The translations under genes and the position numbers were made by a program. A DNA stretch of 64,000 nucleotides from Thermomicrobiales bacterium (GTDB lineage Bacteria > Chloroflexota > Chloroflexia > Thermomicrobiales > UBA6265): contig JBDHWC010000001.1 in NCBI GenBank assembly GCA_039809985.1, forward strand, positions 14,988 to 78,987. Reading direction: 5' to 3'. Below the pieces are notes generated by a model. That model ran no database searches. It had not been told where the DNA came from and saw only the letters and a program-made list of their open reading frames with translations. Within the stretch, counting starts at the first letter, position 1; each line of letters begins with the position of its first letter. This document shows positions 41,053-49,771 of the stretch, one piece after another.

Positions 41053-42852
41053 TCAGGCGGGGATCGTCGCCGGACGATCTTGCGCAACCCGGCGGTGCGG
41101 GAGCCGCTCGACGATCGCCGACAACCGGATCGGGGAGCGTCGCTCGGTTGGGATGGTGGTCGGCACGACGTAGCGGCTGCCCACCGTCCGGTAGCGGCGC
41201 TCCCGCTGGCGCAATCGTGTCCGAGGCTTGGCGTGGCCCAGTTCGGCGAGCTGGCGTGACACAGCTGCGCCGGCCAGACGGGCCGCCTCGTCGGTGTCGC
41301 GGGCCGCGTCGTGCTCCGGCTCGGGGACGATCTCGTCGACGATGCCGAGGGTCAGGAGAGCGGGGGCGGTGATGGCGAGTGCCTCGGCGATGTCGGGGGC
41401 CCTGTCCACGTCGCGGAAGAGGATCGCCGCCGCGCCCTCGGGCGCGATCACGGAGAAGATCGCCCGTTCCTGCATCAGCACGCGGTCGCACGCGGCAAAC
41501 GCCAACGCGCCGCCGCTGCCGCCCTCGCCGACCACCAGCGCGACGGTCGGCACTCGCACCGCCGAGAGGGCGGCGAGCAGTTCGGCCAATGCGACGCCGA
41601 GGCCCCGTTCCTCGGCCTCGACGCCGGGCCACGCGCCGGGGGTGTCGACGAGCGTGACGATCGGCAGCCCGAGCCGATCAGCGAGCCGGACCAGCCGGGT
41701 TGCCTTTCGGAATCCCTCCGGCAGCGGCCGGCCAGCCGTCTCGGGCGGGGCGGCGAGCGGGAGTCGCTCGGTCGCGGCCACCGCCACCGGCTGGTCGCCG
41801 AGCAGCCCGAAGCCGACGATCACCGACGGGTCGTCGCCGTGCAGTCGGTCGCCGTGCAGTTCGACGAACGAGGTGAGCATGCGGTCCAGATACGCGCGCG
41901 CCGTCGGCCGTCGCGGGTCGCGCGCGGCGACGACGGCAGCCCACGTGTCGCTTGCCGTTGATTCGGGGACCGTCGCAGGTTCGGCGGACTCCGAGGTCGG
42001 GCGGGCGTCGGCGGGCGCGGTCGCGGCCAGCAACGCCCCGAGCCACCATCGCTGCTGGCGACGGTCGACGATGGCGTCGACCGTTCCGGCGCGCAGGTGG
42101 AACTCCGCCGAGTGCGTGTCCGAGGGAAGTTTGCGGCCCACCACCGCCTCGGCCACGCGCGGGCCGGCGAACCCGACGAGGGCATGCGGCTCGGCGACCA
42201 CGACGTCGGCCAGCGACGCGTAGGAGGCGAACACGCCGCCGGTCGTAGGGTTGGACATGATCGCGACGTGCAGCGCGCCGCGGTCTCGCAGCCGCTGGAC
42301 GGCGGCGGCGCACTTGGCCATTTGCAGCAGGGAAACCATGCCCTCCTGCATGCGCGCCCCGCCGCTGGCGGAGACGGTGATCAGCGGGACGCGGTGCTTG
42401 GCGGCGCGGTCGGCGGCGCGGGCGAACTTCTCGCCGACCACGGAGCCCATGCTGCCGCCGAGGAAGGCGAAGTCGAGGGCGGCGATCACCACCTCGCGAT
42501 CGTGCATCCGGCCCGTGCCGACGACGAGGGCGTCCGTCTCACCGGTGCGTTGTCGCGCATCCAGCAATTGCTCGAGATAGGGACGACCGGCGACGAACCG
42601 CAACGGGTCGGACGAGCCGAGCATTGCATCGGTCTCGCGGAACGAACCGGGATCCAGCAGGGCTTGGATGGCCTCGCGTGCCGAGCGTTGGTGATGATGG
42701 CCGCATGCCTCGCAGACGCGCAGCCGTTCGTAGACCGGGGACCCGACGACGGGCGCGCCGCAGTTGGCGCAGGCGATGCGCCGCACGGTCGCGGTGCGCC
42801 CCGGACGATGACGCCGGCGCAGCGTCGGCAACAACAGGGACGGTGGTCGCAT
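41053..42852 (-). CDS. Acetyl-CoA carboxylase carboxyltransferase, fused beta (AccD) and alpha (AccA) subunits
   Basis: 599 aa from MRPPSLLL. AccD Cys4 zinc finger CANCG...CEACGHH, the beta CT domain (GGSMG, GGARMQEG), then an alpha-like CT domain (VTLVDTPGAWPG, GEGGSGGALA). Confidence 0.85.
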   Translation of the reverse strand: MRPPSLLLPTLRRRHRPGRTATVRRIACANCGAPVVGSPVYERLRVCEACGHHHQRSAREAIQALLDPGSFRETDAMLGSSDPLRFVAGRPYLEQLLDARQRTGETDALVVGTGRMHDREVVIAALDFAFLGGSMGSVVGEKFARAADRAAKHRVPLITVSASGGARMQEGMVSLLQMAKCAAAVQRLRDRGALHVAIMSNPTTGGVFASYASLADVVVAEPHALVGFAGPRVAEAVVGRKLPSDTHSAEFHLRAGTVDAIVDRRQQRWWLGALLAATAPADARPTSESAEPATVPESTASDTWAAVVAARDPRRPTARAYLDRMLTSFVELHGDRLHGDDPSVIVGFGLLGDQPVAVAATERLPLAAPPETAGRPLPEGFRKATRLVRLADRLGLPIVTLVDTPGAWPGVEAEERGLGVALAELLAALSAVRVPTVALVVGEGGSGGALAFAACDRVLMQERAIFSVIAPEGAAAILFRDVDRAPDIAEALAITAPALLTLGIVDEIVPEPEHDAARDTDEAARLAGAAVSRQLAELGHAKPRTRLRQRERRYRTVGSRYVVPTTIPTERRSPIRLSAIVERLPHRRVAQDRPATIPA

Positions 42853-42988
42853 GTCGGACTCCCTTGTCCGAGCCTCCGGGGGCAACCCTGGGCTGCCACG
42901 AGGCAGACGTGTCGCACAGGGCGATTGTAGAATGCCGCCGACTCCTTGACGATTATTGTCCATTCGCGACGACCCAAGGTTGGCACTG

Positions 42989-43270
42989 ATGGGGCAAGCT
43001 GCGAGCGGTCGTGAACTCGTGCGCATCGACGTGTTGCGGCGCCTGGCCGAGCAGGCGATGGACGACGCCGACTTCCGCGCCGACGCCCGCGACGACCTTG
43101 CCGGGGCGCTGCGCCGTCACGGCTACGACCTGAACGACGCTGAACTGGCCCTCGTGCTCCGCTTTCGCGCGTCGCTGGCCCAGTCGGGACTCGATCTCGA
43201 CCTGGTCGAGGGGGTCGATCCGATGGTGGTCGAAGCCCTGCTCGGGTCGCTGGAGCGCCGCGAGGGCTGA
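42989..43270 (+). CDS. Hypothetical small acidic helical protein
   Basis: 93 aa from MGQAASGRELVRIDVLRRLAEQAMDDADFRADARDDLAGALRRHGYDLNDAELALV. High GC3, AAGGT 8 nt upstream. No enzyme motif. Confidence 0.5.
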   Translation: MGQAASGRELVRIDVLRRLAEQAMDDADFRADARDDLAGALRRHGYDLNDAELALVLRFRASLAQSGLDLDLVEGVDPMVVEALLGSLERREG

Positions 43271-43345
43271 GGCGCGGCCGAGCGCGATTCCAATTGGCAA
43301 TCCGGGCGGCCTGCCGTACCATCCTGCCGAGCCCACCGTCGGTCG

Positions 43346-44257
43346 ATGTCTCGACCGTTCGCGCGACGTCACGGAAGGATGTCCCTCGTGCCTCTCTGTC
43401 TGTACCGGGATCGGACTGCGGGCGAGCCGCGGCTCGGCATGATCGTGGACGAGCACGTCGTCGACGTTGCGGCCGCCGGCGGCCCGGTGTCGTTGGCCGA
43501 CGCCTTGCGCCTCAGCCGGGCTGAACTCGAGCGGGTGCTTGCGTCGGTGCGGGCAGGCGGGCAGCCATCGCACCGACTATCTGAGGTGGAGTTGGCGGCC
43601 CCGGTCGACCGTCAGGAAGTGTGGGCCGCCGGCGTCACCTACCTTCGATCGCGCGACGCGAGGATGGAAGAGTCGACCCAGAAGAGCGTCTACGACATCG
43701 TCTACGACGCGGACCGGCCGGAAATCTTCCTCAAGGCCACGCCGAACCGGGTGTCCGGTCCGGGGGCAGCCGTCGCGGTGCGCGGCGATTCCACGTGGGA
43801 CGTGCCGGAGCCGGAACTGGCGCTGGTGGTCAACGCGGCAGGGGAGGTGGTCGGCTACACGGTCGGCAACGACGTCTCGTCTCGTTCGATCGAGGGCGAG
43901 AACCCGCTCTACCTGCCGCAGGCGAAGGTGTACCGTCAGTCAGCCGGGCTCGGCCCAGTGGTGGCGCTCGCAAGCGAAGTGCGCGACGTGAACGCGCTGA
44001 CGATCACGCTGACGATTCGGCGGGAAGGGAAGGTTTTCTTCCGGGGCGAGACTTCAACGTCGCAGATTCACCGAACCTTCGACGACTTGGTGGGCTACCT
44101 CTTCCGCTGCAACGACTTTCCCGACGGCGCGGTGCTGATGACCGGCACCGGCATCATCCCGCCGAACGAGTTCACGCTCCGGGACGGCGACGTCGTGGAG
44201 ATCGCGATCAGCGAGATCGGCACCCTGAGCAACCCGGTCGTCAAGCTCGAGGTCTGA
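43346..44257 (+). CDS. Fumarylacetoacetate hydrolase (FAH) family protein
   Basis: 303-aa ORF (alternative ATG 43379). FAH-fold pattern EPELALVV...GYTVGNDVSSR...PLYLPQAKV, C-terminus GTGIIPP...GDVVEIAISEIGTL. Resembles keto-deoxy-sugar-acid dehydratase-type FAH proteins. Confidence 0.75.
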   Translation: MSRPFARRHGRMSLVPLCLYRDRTAGEPRLGMIVDEHVVDVAAAGGPVSLADALRLSRAELERVLASVRAGGQPSHRLSEVELAAPVDRQEVWAAGVTYLRSRDARMEESTQKSVYDIVYDADRPEIFLKATPNRVSGPGAAVAVRGDSTWDVPEPELALVVNAAGEVVGYTVGNDVSSRSIEGENPLYLPQAKVYRQSAGLGPVVALASEVRDVNALTITLTIRREGKVFFRGETSTSQIHRTFDDLVGYLFRCNDFPDGAVLMTGTGIIPPNEFTLRDGDVVEIAISEIGTLSNPVVKLEV

Positions 44258-44262
44258 GTTCG

Positions 44263-45090
44263 ATGACCGACAACCAATGCGACGCGCCGCCCGTGGTCGA
44301 ACTCGACCATGTCTCGGTTTGGACGCCGGAACGGCACCTGATTCTCGACGACGTGACATGGACCATTCGGCAGGGGGAGCAGTGGGCGTTGCTCGGGCCG
44401 AACGGCTCCGGCAAGACCACGCTGCTGGCGATCATCAGCGCGTGGCGCCACCCGAGCCGCGGATCGGTGCGCGTGCTGGGTCGCAAGTTCGGCGAGTCGG
44501 ACCTGATTTCCCTGCGCGAACGGGTCGGGCTGGTCGATCCCGCCCAGCGAACGCTTGACTGGCTGACCGCCGAGGAGATCGTGCTGACCGGGTCGACGGG
44601 CACGATCCGGCCGCTGTGGCACCGGTACGGCGATCTCGAGCGCGAGCGCGCCGTCGAGCTGCTCGACCTGGTTGGCTGCGCCGACCTTGCCGGCCGTGAA
44701 CTCAAGCTGCTGTCCCAAGGGGAGCGCCAGCGGGTTCGCATCGCCCGGGCGATGATGACCTCGCCCGAGCTCTTGATCTTGGACGAGCCGGGCGTCGGGC
44801 TCGACCTCCCGGCCCGGGAGGCGATGCTCGACGCGTTGCGGACGCTGTCGGAGGAACACCCGACCCTGACAACGATCCTGGTGACGCACCACCTGGAGGA
44901 GTTGCCCGACACGATCACCAATGCCCTGCTGCTCGGCCGAGGGCGTGTGGTTGCGTCGGGTGCGCCGGCGGAGACGCTGACGGACGAACTGGTTTCCGCC
45001 TGCTTCGGCCTGCCGGTCCGGGTCGGGCACGTGGATGGACGCTGGTCGGCGCGGGCGATGCCCGGATGGGCGAGGGGCATCCACGCCTGA
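44263..45090 (+). CDS. ABC transporter ATP-binding protein (no adjacent permease)
   Basis: 275 aa. Walker A GPNGSGKTT, signature LSQGERQRV, Walker B LILDEPGVGLD, H-loop VTHH. Confidence 0.85.
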   Translation: MTDNQCDAPPVVELDHVSVWTPERHLILDDVTWTIRQGEQWALLGPNGSGKTTLLAIISAWRHPSRGSVRVLGRKFGESDLISLRERVGLVDPAQRTLDWLTAEEIVLTGSTGTIRPLWHRYGDLERERAVELLDLVGCADLAGRELKLLSQGERQRVRIARAMMTSPELLILDEPGVGLDLPAREAMLDALRTLSEEHPTLTTILVTHHLEELPDTITNALLLGRGRVVASGAPAETLTDELVSACFGLPVRVGHVDGRWSARAMPGWARGIHA

Positions 45091-45096
45091 CCGGCG

Positions 45097-46416
45097 TCAG
45101 TCGGCGACGCCGCACCAGAGGATCGACGTCGCCGCGAACGCCTTCGTCCCGAGGATGATATCGGCGACCGGGATGAACTCGTTCGCGCCGTGGACGCCGT
45201 AGGTCACGTCGCCGATGCCCCAGATGACGCTCTGCTGGCCGAGCGGCGACCAGAAGTTGGCGTCGCAGACGAAGGGCGAGACTTCCCGCACGGGAGTCTC
45301 CCCGGTCAGGCGCTCCATGGCGTCGACGATCGCCAGCACGCCGGGGTGGTCGAACGGCGTGTTGACCGGCTCCTTCACCCAGGGGGCGTCCGAGGTGCTG
45401 TCGAGCGGCAGGTCCAGCACCGGCGGGTGCTCCCTCAACCACGCGTCGCCCGCCGTCACCCGGTCGACGGTGGCGCGGATGTCGGCCATCACCTCGTCGG
45501 CGGTGAGGTGCGGGTAGAAAAGGCACGACCCGGTCGCCTCCGCCGAGTCGGGGATCGACGTCAGCGAACTGCCGGCCTGCATGGTGTTGACGTTGATGTA
45601 CATGCCGCCGGGGGCGACGACCGGGCTCGACTGCCAGAGCAGCCACTGCCGCTCGAGCTCGAGGATCGCGAGCTGGTACTTGAGCATGTTGTCGATCGCG
45701 CTGACCCCCGGCCGCTCGACCCCGTACGGGAGTGCCTGGGCGACGAGGTTGCGGTTGCAGATGTGGGTCGACTTGCCGGGCACGGTGAGCTTGAAGTAGA
45801 GCTCGCCCTTCGCGACCGGGTGGACGCGGAAGTTCGACACTTCCGGGAAGATCGCCAAGTCGGCGCGGTAGCCGCGCTCGAGGATGGTGTTGCAGCCGAT
45901 GTCGCGGCGGCCGGATTCCTCGCCGGAGGCGAGGGCAATCGTCAGGTCGCCGTTGAGGTCGATGTCGCAGGCGCGCAGGTAGTGGGCGGCCAGAATCGAC
46001 GCGGCGGCGGCGGACTTCATGTCGGACGTGCCGCGCCCGTGCAGGTTGCCGTCCCTCACTTCGCCCGAGAAGGGGTCACCGTCCCATTGCTCGGCCTGCT
46101 CCGGCGTCACCGGCACCACGTCGACGTGGGAGGACCACGTCAGCGAGCGGCCGCCGCCGCGACCCGTGCGCTTGGCGACGACGTTCGGTCGGTTCTCGGC
46201 GACCTCCCACATGTCCAGCGCGTCGAACGTGCCGAGCATCCCCAACTGGCTGTGCAGCCATTCCTGGGCCGGGCGTTCGGCCAGCGGATTGGGGTCGAGG
46301 TCGGGGTTGACGGAAGGGCGACGGATCAGCTCGGCGGCGAACTCGACGATCTCGTCGGCGTGGTCGTCGATGTGGGCGACGACCCGCTCGATGGCAGCGG
46401 TTTCCGCAGCGGACAT
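45097..46416 (-). CDS. M20-family metallopeptidase (ArgE/DapE/ACY1-like)
   Basis: 439 aa from MSAAETAAIERV. SHVDVVPV, GRGTSDMKS, and the SGEESG metal-site pattern. Confidence 0.85.
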   Translation of the reverse strand: MSAAETAAIERVVAHIDDHADEIVEFAAELIRRPSVNPDLDPNPLAERPAQEWLHSQLGMLGTFDALDMWEVAENRPNVVAKRTGRGGGRSLTWSSHVDVVPVTPEQAEQWDGDPFSGEVRDGNLHGRGTSDMKSAAAASILAAHYLRACDIDLNGDLTIALASGEESGRRDIGCNTILERGYRADLAIFPEVSNFRVHPVAKGELYFKLTVPGKSTHICNRNLVAQALPYGVERPGVSAIDNMLKYQLAILELERQWLLWQSSPVVAPGGMYINVNTMQAGSSLTSIPDSAEATGSCLFYPHLTADEVMADIRATVDRVTAGDAWLREHPPVLDLPLDSTSDAPWVKEPVNTPFDHPGVLAIVDAMERLTGETPVREVSPFVCDANFWSPLGQQSVIWGIGDVTYGVHGANEFIPVADIILGTKAFAATSILWCGVAD

Positions 46417-46502
46417 GACCGGGCAACCCCTTTCGGCGACCAATGGCGACGCGTTGCGGCATCGTATCATCGCCGCGCTCACCGTTCGGAAAGGACTCTG
46501 TC

Positions 46503-47000
46503 GTGCCAGACCAAGCGGATTCGCTCGGGAGCGGACTGACCCACTTCGACGAGGACGGCAAAGCCCGAATGGTCGACGTCGGCGAGAAGCCGGCGACGCA
46601 CCGAGTCGCCGTCGCCGCCGCCAGACTTGCGGCGAGCCCGGCGACGATCGCCGTGATTCGCGACGGGTCGGCGACGAAGGGCGACGTGCTCGGGGTGGCG
46701 AGAGTCGCCGGCATCATGGGCGCGAAGCGGACCTCGGACCTGATCCCGCTCTGCCATCCGATCATGCTGACGAAGGTGGGGATCCGGTTCGACCTGACCG
46801 AGACGACGGTGGAGATCGAGGCGACGGCCGAGACGCGCGGTCCGACCGGGGTCGAGATGGAGGCGCTGACCGCGGCGTCAGTCGCCGCCCTGACCGTCTA
46901 CGACATGGTGAAGGCGATCGACCGCGGCATGACCATCGAGTCGGTGCGGCTGGTCAGGAAGTCGGGCGGGCGCTCGGGCGACTGGACGCGAGCCGACTGA
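46503..47000 (+). CDS. moaC: Cyclic pyranopterin monophosphate synthase accessory protein MoaC
   Basis: [65 protein letters not shown]. Start chosen at GTG 46503. Confidence 0.9.
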   Translation: MPDQADSLGSGLTHFDEDGKARMVDVGEKPATHRVAVAAARLAASPATIAVIRDGSATKGDVLGVARVAGIMGAKRTSDLIPLCHPIMLTKVGIRFDLTETTVEIEATAETRGPTGVEMEALTAASVAALTVYDMVKAIDRGMTIESVRLVRKSGGRSGDWTRAD

Positions 47001-47127
47001 CCGCAACCGCGGGCGGCGAAGCGAGGCGGTTCCGGGTTGGCGGGGATCGCCGTACAATGCCGACCGGAACGGAGGGCCGCGCCGGGCAGGCTCGGCGAAC
47101 GGCGGCAGCGGGGAGGGGTTCCCGACG

Positions 47128-48018
47128 ATGTCGGTAGCGTCGAGCGGCCAGACGGCGGGCGGGCTCAATGTCACGATCCCCGGAGGCGAGCGGTTCGTCT
47201 GGTACTTCATCCGCATTTCGGGGCTCATGCTCGTGCTCTTCGCGGGCGGCCACCTGTTCATCACCCACTACCTGAACGTGCCGTCGGAGACGACGTTCGC
47301 GTTCGTGGCGGAGCGCTGGGCGAACCCGCTCTGGCGGACGTTCGACTGGATCCTGCTGATGACGGCGCTCTGGCACGGGGTGCTGGGGATCCGCTACTCC
47401 GTGCAGGACTACATCGGGAAGCCGGGGCCGCAGGTGGCCGCGCTGGCGCTCGTGATGGTGCTCGGCTTCGTCTTCATGGCGCTCGGGTCGGTCACGATCT
47501 TCACGTTCGACAAGGCGGCGGCGCTGAACAACACCGGGCCGCTGGCGGGCCAGCTCTGGATCGCCGAGGCGATCGGCTGGTCGCTCTACCTCTTCGCCTT
47601 CATCACCTACGTCGGCATCGTCCTGATCGCGCTCTGGGTGATCCGCCACCTCGCCGCGGGCCGGCTGCCGATCTACCAAGGGGACCCCGGCCAGTACGCG
47701 TTCCTGCTGCACCGCGCGACCGGGATCGGGGTGCTCTTCTTCCTGCTGGTGCACATCATCGACATCATGCTGATCGGGCTGGGCAGCGACGTCTACAACG
47801 AGTCGGTGTCGTTCTACGGTCGGCCCGAGTTGATCCCGATGGAGATTCTGCTGGTCGGCGCGGTGGTCTACCACCTGCTGAACGGACTGCGGATCATCTC
47901 GATCGACTTCTCGGCGACCGGCTACCGGCGGGAGCGGGTCCTGTTCTGGACGGTGCTGGCGCTGACCGTCCTGCTGGTGCTGCCGAGCGCGTTCGTCATC
48001 ATCCGGGCGCACCTGTAG
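47128..48018 (+). CDS. Fused succinate dehydrogenase membrane-anchor-like protein (SdhD-like N-half plus SdhC/cytochrome b-like C-half)
   Basis: 296 aa, about 6-7 TM. N-half: ERFVWYFIRISGLMLVLFAGGHL...LWHGVLGIRYSVQDY. C-half: FLLHRATGIGVLFFLLVHI...YHLLNGLRIISIDF. Both resemble the His-bearing helices of SDH anchor subunits. Confidence 0.6.
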   Translation: MSVASSGQTAGGLNVTIPGGERFVWYFIRISGLMLVLFAGGHLFITHYLNVPSETTFAFVAERWANPLWRTFDWILLMTALWHGVLGIRYSVQDYIGKPGPQVAALALVMVLGFVFMALGSVTIFTFDKAAALNNTGPLAGQLWIAEAIGWSLYLFAFITYVGIVLIALWVIRHLAAGRLPIYQGDPGQYAFLLHRATGIGVLFFLLVHIIDIMLIGLGSDVYNESVSFYGRPELIPMEILLVGAVVYHLLNGLRIISIDFSATGYRRERVLFWTVLALTVLLVLPSAFVIIRAHL

Positions 48019-48052
48019 GGTTCCCCGCTCGATCACGGTTCAGGTCGAGACG

Positions 48053-48086
48053 GGAACGGGGCGGCGCAAACACGCCGCCCCGTTCC
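48053..48086. terminator. Bidirectional hairpin terminator candidate between the convergent sdh-anchor-like gene and pepA
   Basis: GGAACGGGGCGGCG-CAAACA-CGCCGCCCCGTTCC, a 14-bp perfect stem. Confidence 0.6.
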
Positions 48087-48108
48087 GTGCCTGAGGGCGA
48101 GCTTTCGA

Positions 48109-49611
48109 CTATCCCCTCATGGTGTCGAGGTAGTCGAGCAGGGTGCGAACCCCGACCCCGCTGGCACCCTTTGGACCTTCGGGGCCCGCCTTCTCGAACC
48201 GAGACGGGCCGGCGATGTCGAGGTGCGCCCACGGCAGCCCCTCGGAGAAGTGCTGGAGGAAGAGGGCGGCGGTGATCGCTCCGCCGGCGCGGCCGCCGAC
48301 GTTCTTGAGGTCGCCGACGTCGCCCTTGATCTTCTCCTCGAGCGCCGGGGTCAGCGGCATCCGCCACATGTCCTCGCCCGCCTCCTTCGAGGCCGCGAGG
48401 AGGTTGTCGGCGAGTTCGTCATTGTTGCTGAAGAGGGCGGTGGTCACCTCGCCGAGCGCGACGACCGCGGCCCCGGTCAGTGTCGCCAAGTCGATCATCT
48501 CGGTCGCGCCGCGGCGGGCGGTGTCGACCAAGCCGTCGGCGAGCACGAGCCTGCCTTCGGCGTCGGTCGAGAGAATCTCGATGGTGACGCCGTTGGAGGC
48601 CTTCAGGATGTCGTCAGGACGGAACGCCTCGCCCGAGATCATGTTCTCGGCGGCGCAGATGGTCCCCTCGACCGCGACCGGGCAGTCGAGCGCCGTGAGG
48701 GCGGCGAAGACGCCAAGGACTGCCGCGCCGCCCGCCATGTCGCTCTTCATGTTCAGGATCGCGTCGTGGGGCTTCAGCGAGTAGCCACCGGTGTCGAAGG
48801 TGATGCACTTGCCGACCAAGCCGATCACCCGGTCGCTGGCAGCCTTGGCCGGTCGGTAGCGGAGCCGGATCAGGCGCGGCTTGGTGGCGCTCCCCTTGCC
48901 GACGCCCAGCATCGAGTGCGCCCCGAGCTGGTCGAGGGCGATCTCGTCGAGGACTTCGACCTCGATACCGGCTTGCTTCGCGACCTTGACCGAGATTTCG
49001 GCCATCGTCACCGGGTTGAGCACGTTGCCCGGCTCGTTGCCGAGGTCGCGCGCCAGGGCAACTGCGTCGGCGATCGCCGTGCCCTTCTTGATCGCCGCCT
49101 CAGCCGCCTTCGCGGGGAGGTCCGGGTTGACGACGGTGATCGACGCGACCTTGGGGTCGAGCGAGTCCTCCGGCGTTGCCGTGCCGCGATGCTTGGTGAA
49201 GGTGTAGAGCGCGAGACTGCTGCCGAGCACCGCGTTGGTGACATTTGCCGCCGTCGACGCGCCGGCCGGCAAGGCAACAGCGAACGAGGCCGCGCCTGCC
49301 CGGCGCGCGGCAAGGGCGGCCGCGCCGTAGGCTCGGGAGGTGCCGGCGTCGGACACCCCGTCGGCCGCGCCCAAGCCGACGAGGACCAGCTGGCTGGGCG
49401 ACAACTTGCCGAGCGTGGGGGCCACCAGCGTCGAAGCCGGTTTGCCGGAGAAGCGCGCGGCGGCCAGCAGCGGGAGCAAGTGTCCGTCCAGCGCACGGTC
49501 AATGGCCGCGATCGTCTTGCCCGTCGGCTCGGCATCTTCCACGGTGAGCGGGACGATCAGCGCGTCCGCCTTCGCGGCAAGCGGATTCCCCGACTCGAAT
49601 GACCAATCCAC
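48109..49611 (-). CDS. pepA: Leucyl aminopeptidase (M17)
   Basis: VGKCITFDTGGYSLK and STDAEGRLVLAD (NTDAEGRL-type). GTG start preceded by GGAGG. Confidence 0.9.
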   Translation of the reverse strand: MDWSFESGNPLAAKADALIVPLTVEDAEPTGKTIAAIDRALDGHLLPLLAAARFSGKPASTLVAPTLGKLSPSQLVLVGLGAADGVSDAGTSRAYGAAALAARRAGAASFAVALPAGASTAANVTNAVLGSSLALYTFTKHRGTATPEDSLDPKVASITVVNPDLPAKAAEAAIKKGTAIADAVALARDLGNEPGNVLNPVTMAEISVKVAKQAGIEVEVLDEIALDQLGAHSMLGVGKGSATKPRLIRLRYRPAKAASDRVIGLVGKCITFDTGGYSLKPHDAILNMKSDMAGGAAVLGVFAALTALDCPVAVEGTICAAENMISGEAFRPDDILKASNGVTIEILSTDAEGRLVLADGLVDTARRGATEMIDLATLTGAAVVALGEVTTALFSNNDELADNLLAASKEAGEDMWRMPLTPALEEKIKGDVGDLKNVGGRAGGAITAALFLQHFSEGLPWAHLDIAGPSRFEKAGPEGPKGASGVGVRTLLDYLDTMRG

Positions 49612-49692
49612 GGTTGCCTCCTGATGACGACCGACGCGCGACCTCTGTGCCAGACTGGAACTCTACGCCATTCCCGACGCGGGCATCGGCGA

Positions 49693-49721
49693 TTGCCCCG
49701 TGCCGGTGGCGATGCTAGCAT
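49693..49721 (+). promoter_or_regulatory. Sigma-70-type promoter candidate for dnaA (TTGCCC-N17-TAGCAT, TGc extended -10)
   Basis: TTGCCC at 49693-49698 and TGCTAGCAT at 49713-49721. The -10 lies inside a perfect 18-bp palindrome, GGCGATGCTAGCATCGCC (49708-49725). Confidence 0.45.
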
Positions 49722-49771
49722 CGCCGCAGTGGTGTCCGTACACACTCGGGAAAGGAAGGCGCGAAACACCG

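Noticed and set aside
42989-43270. The small helical ORF considered as an NHLP-type RiPP precursor, with the neighbouring ABC ATPase as an exporter.
   Set aside because: There is no Gly-Gly-type leader cleavage site followed by a Cys/Ser/Thr-rich core. There is no cyclodehydratase, radical-SAM or peptidase-domain ABC exporter. The ABC protein is a bare ATPase without a membrane domain.
49638-49652. Sigma-54-like TGGCAcagaggTCGC on the - strand, ~15 nt upstream of the pepA SD.
   Set aside because: Spacing and the GG/GC are correct, but the -12 box is TCGC rather than TTGC, and the implied leader is very short. It is weaker than the rpoN pair. I keep it only as a low-priority candidate for a PWM scan.
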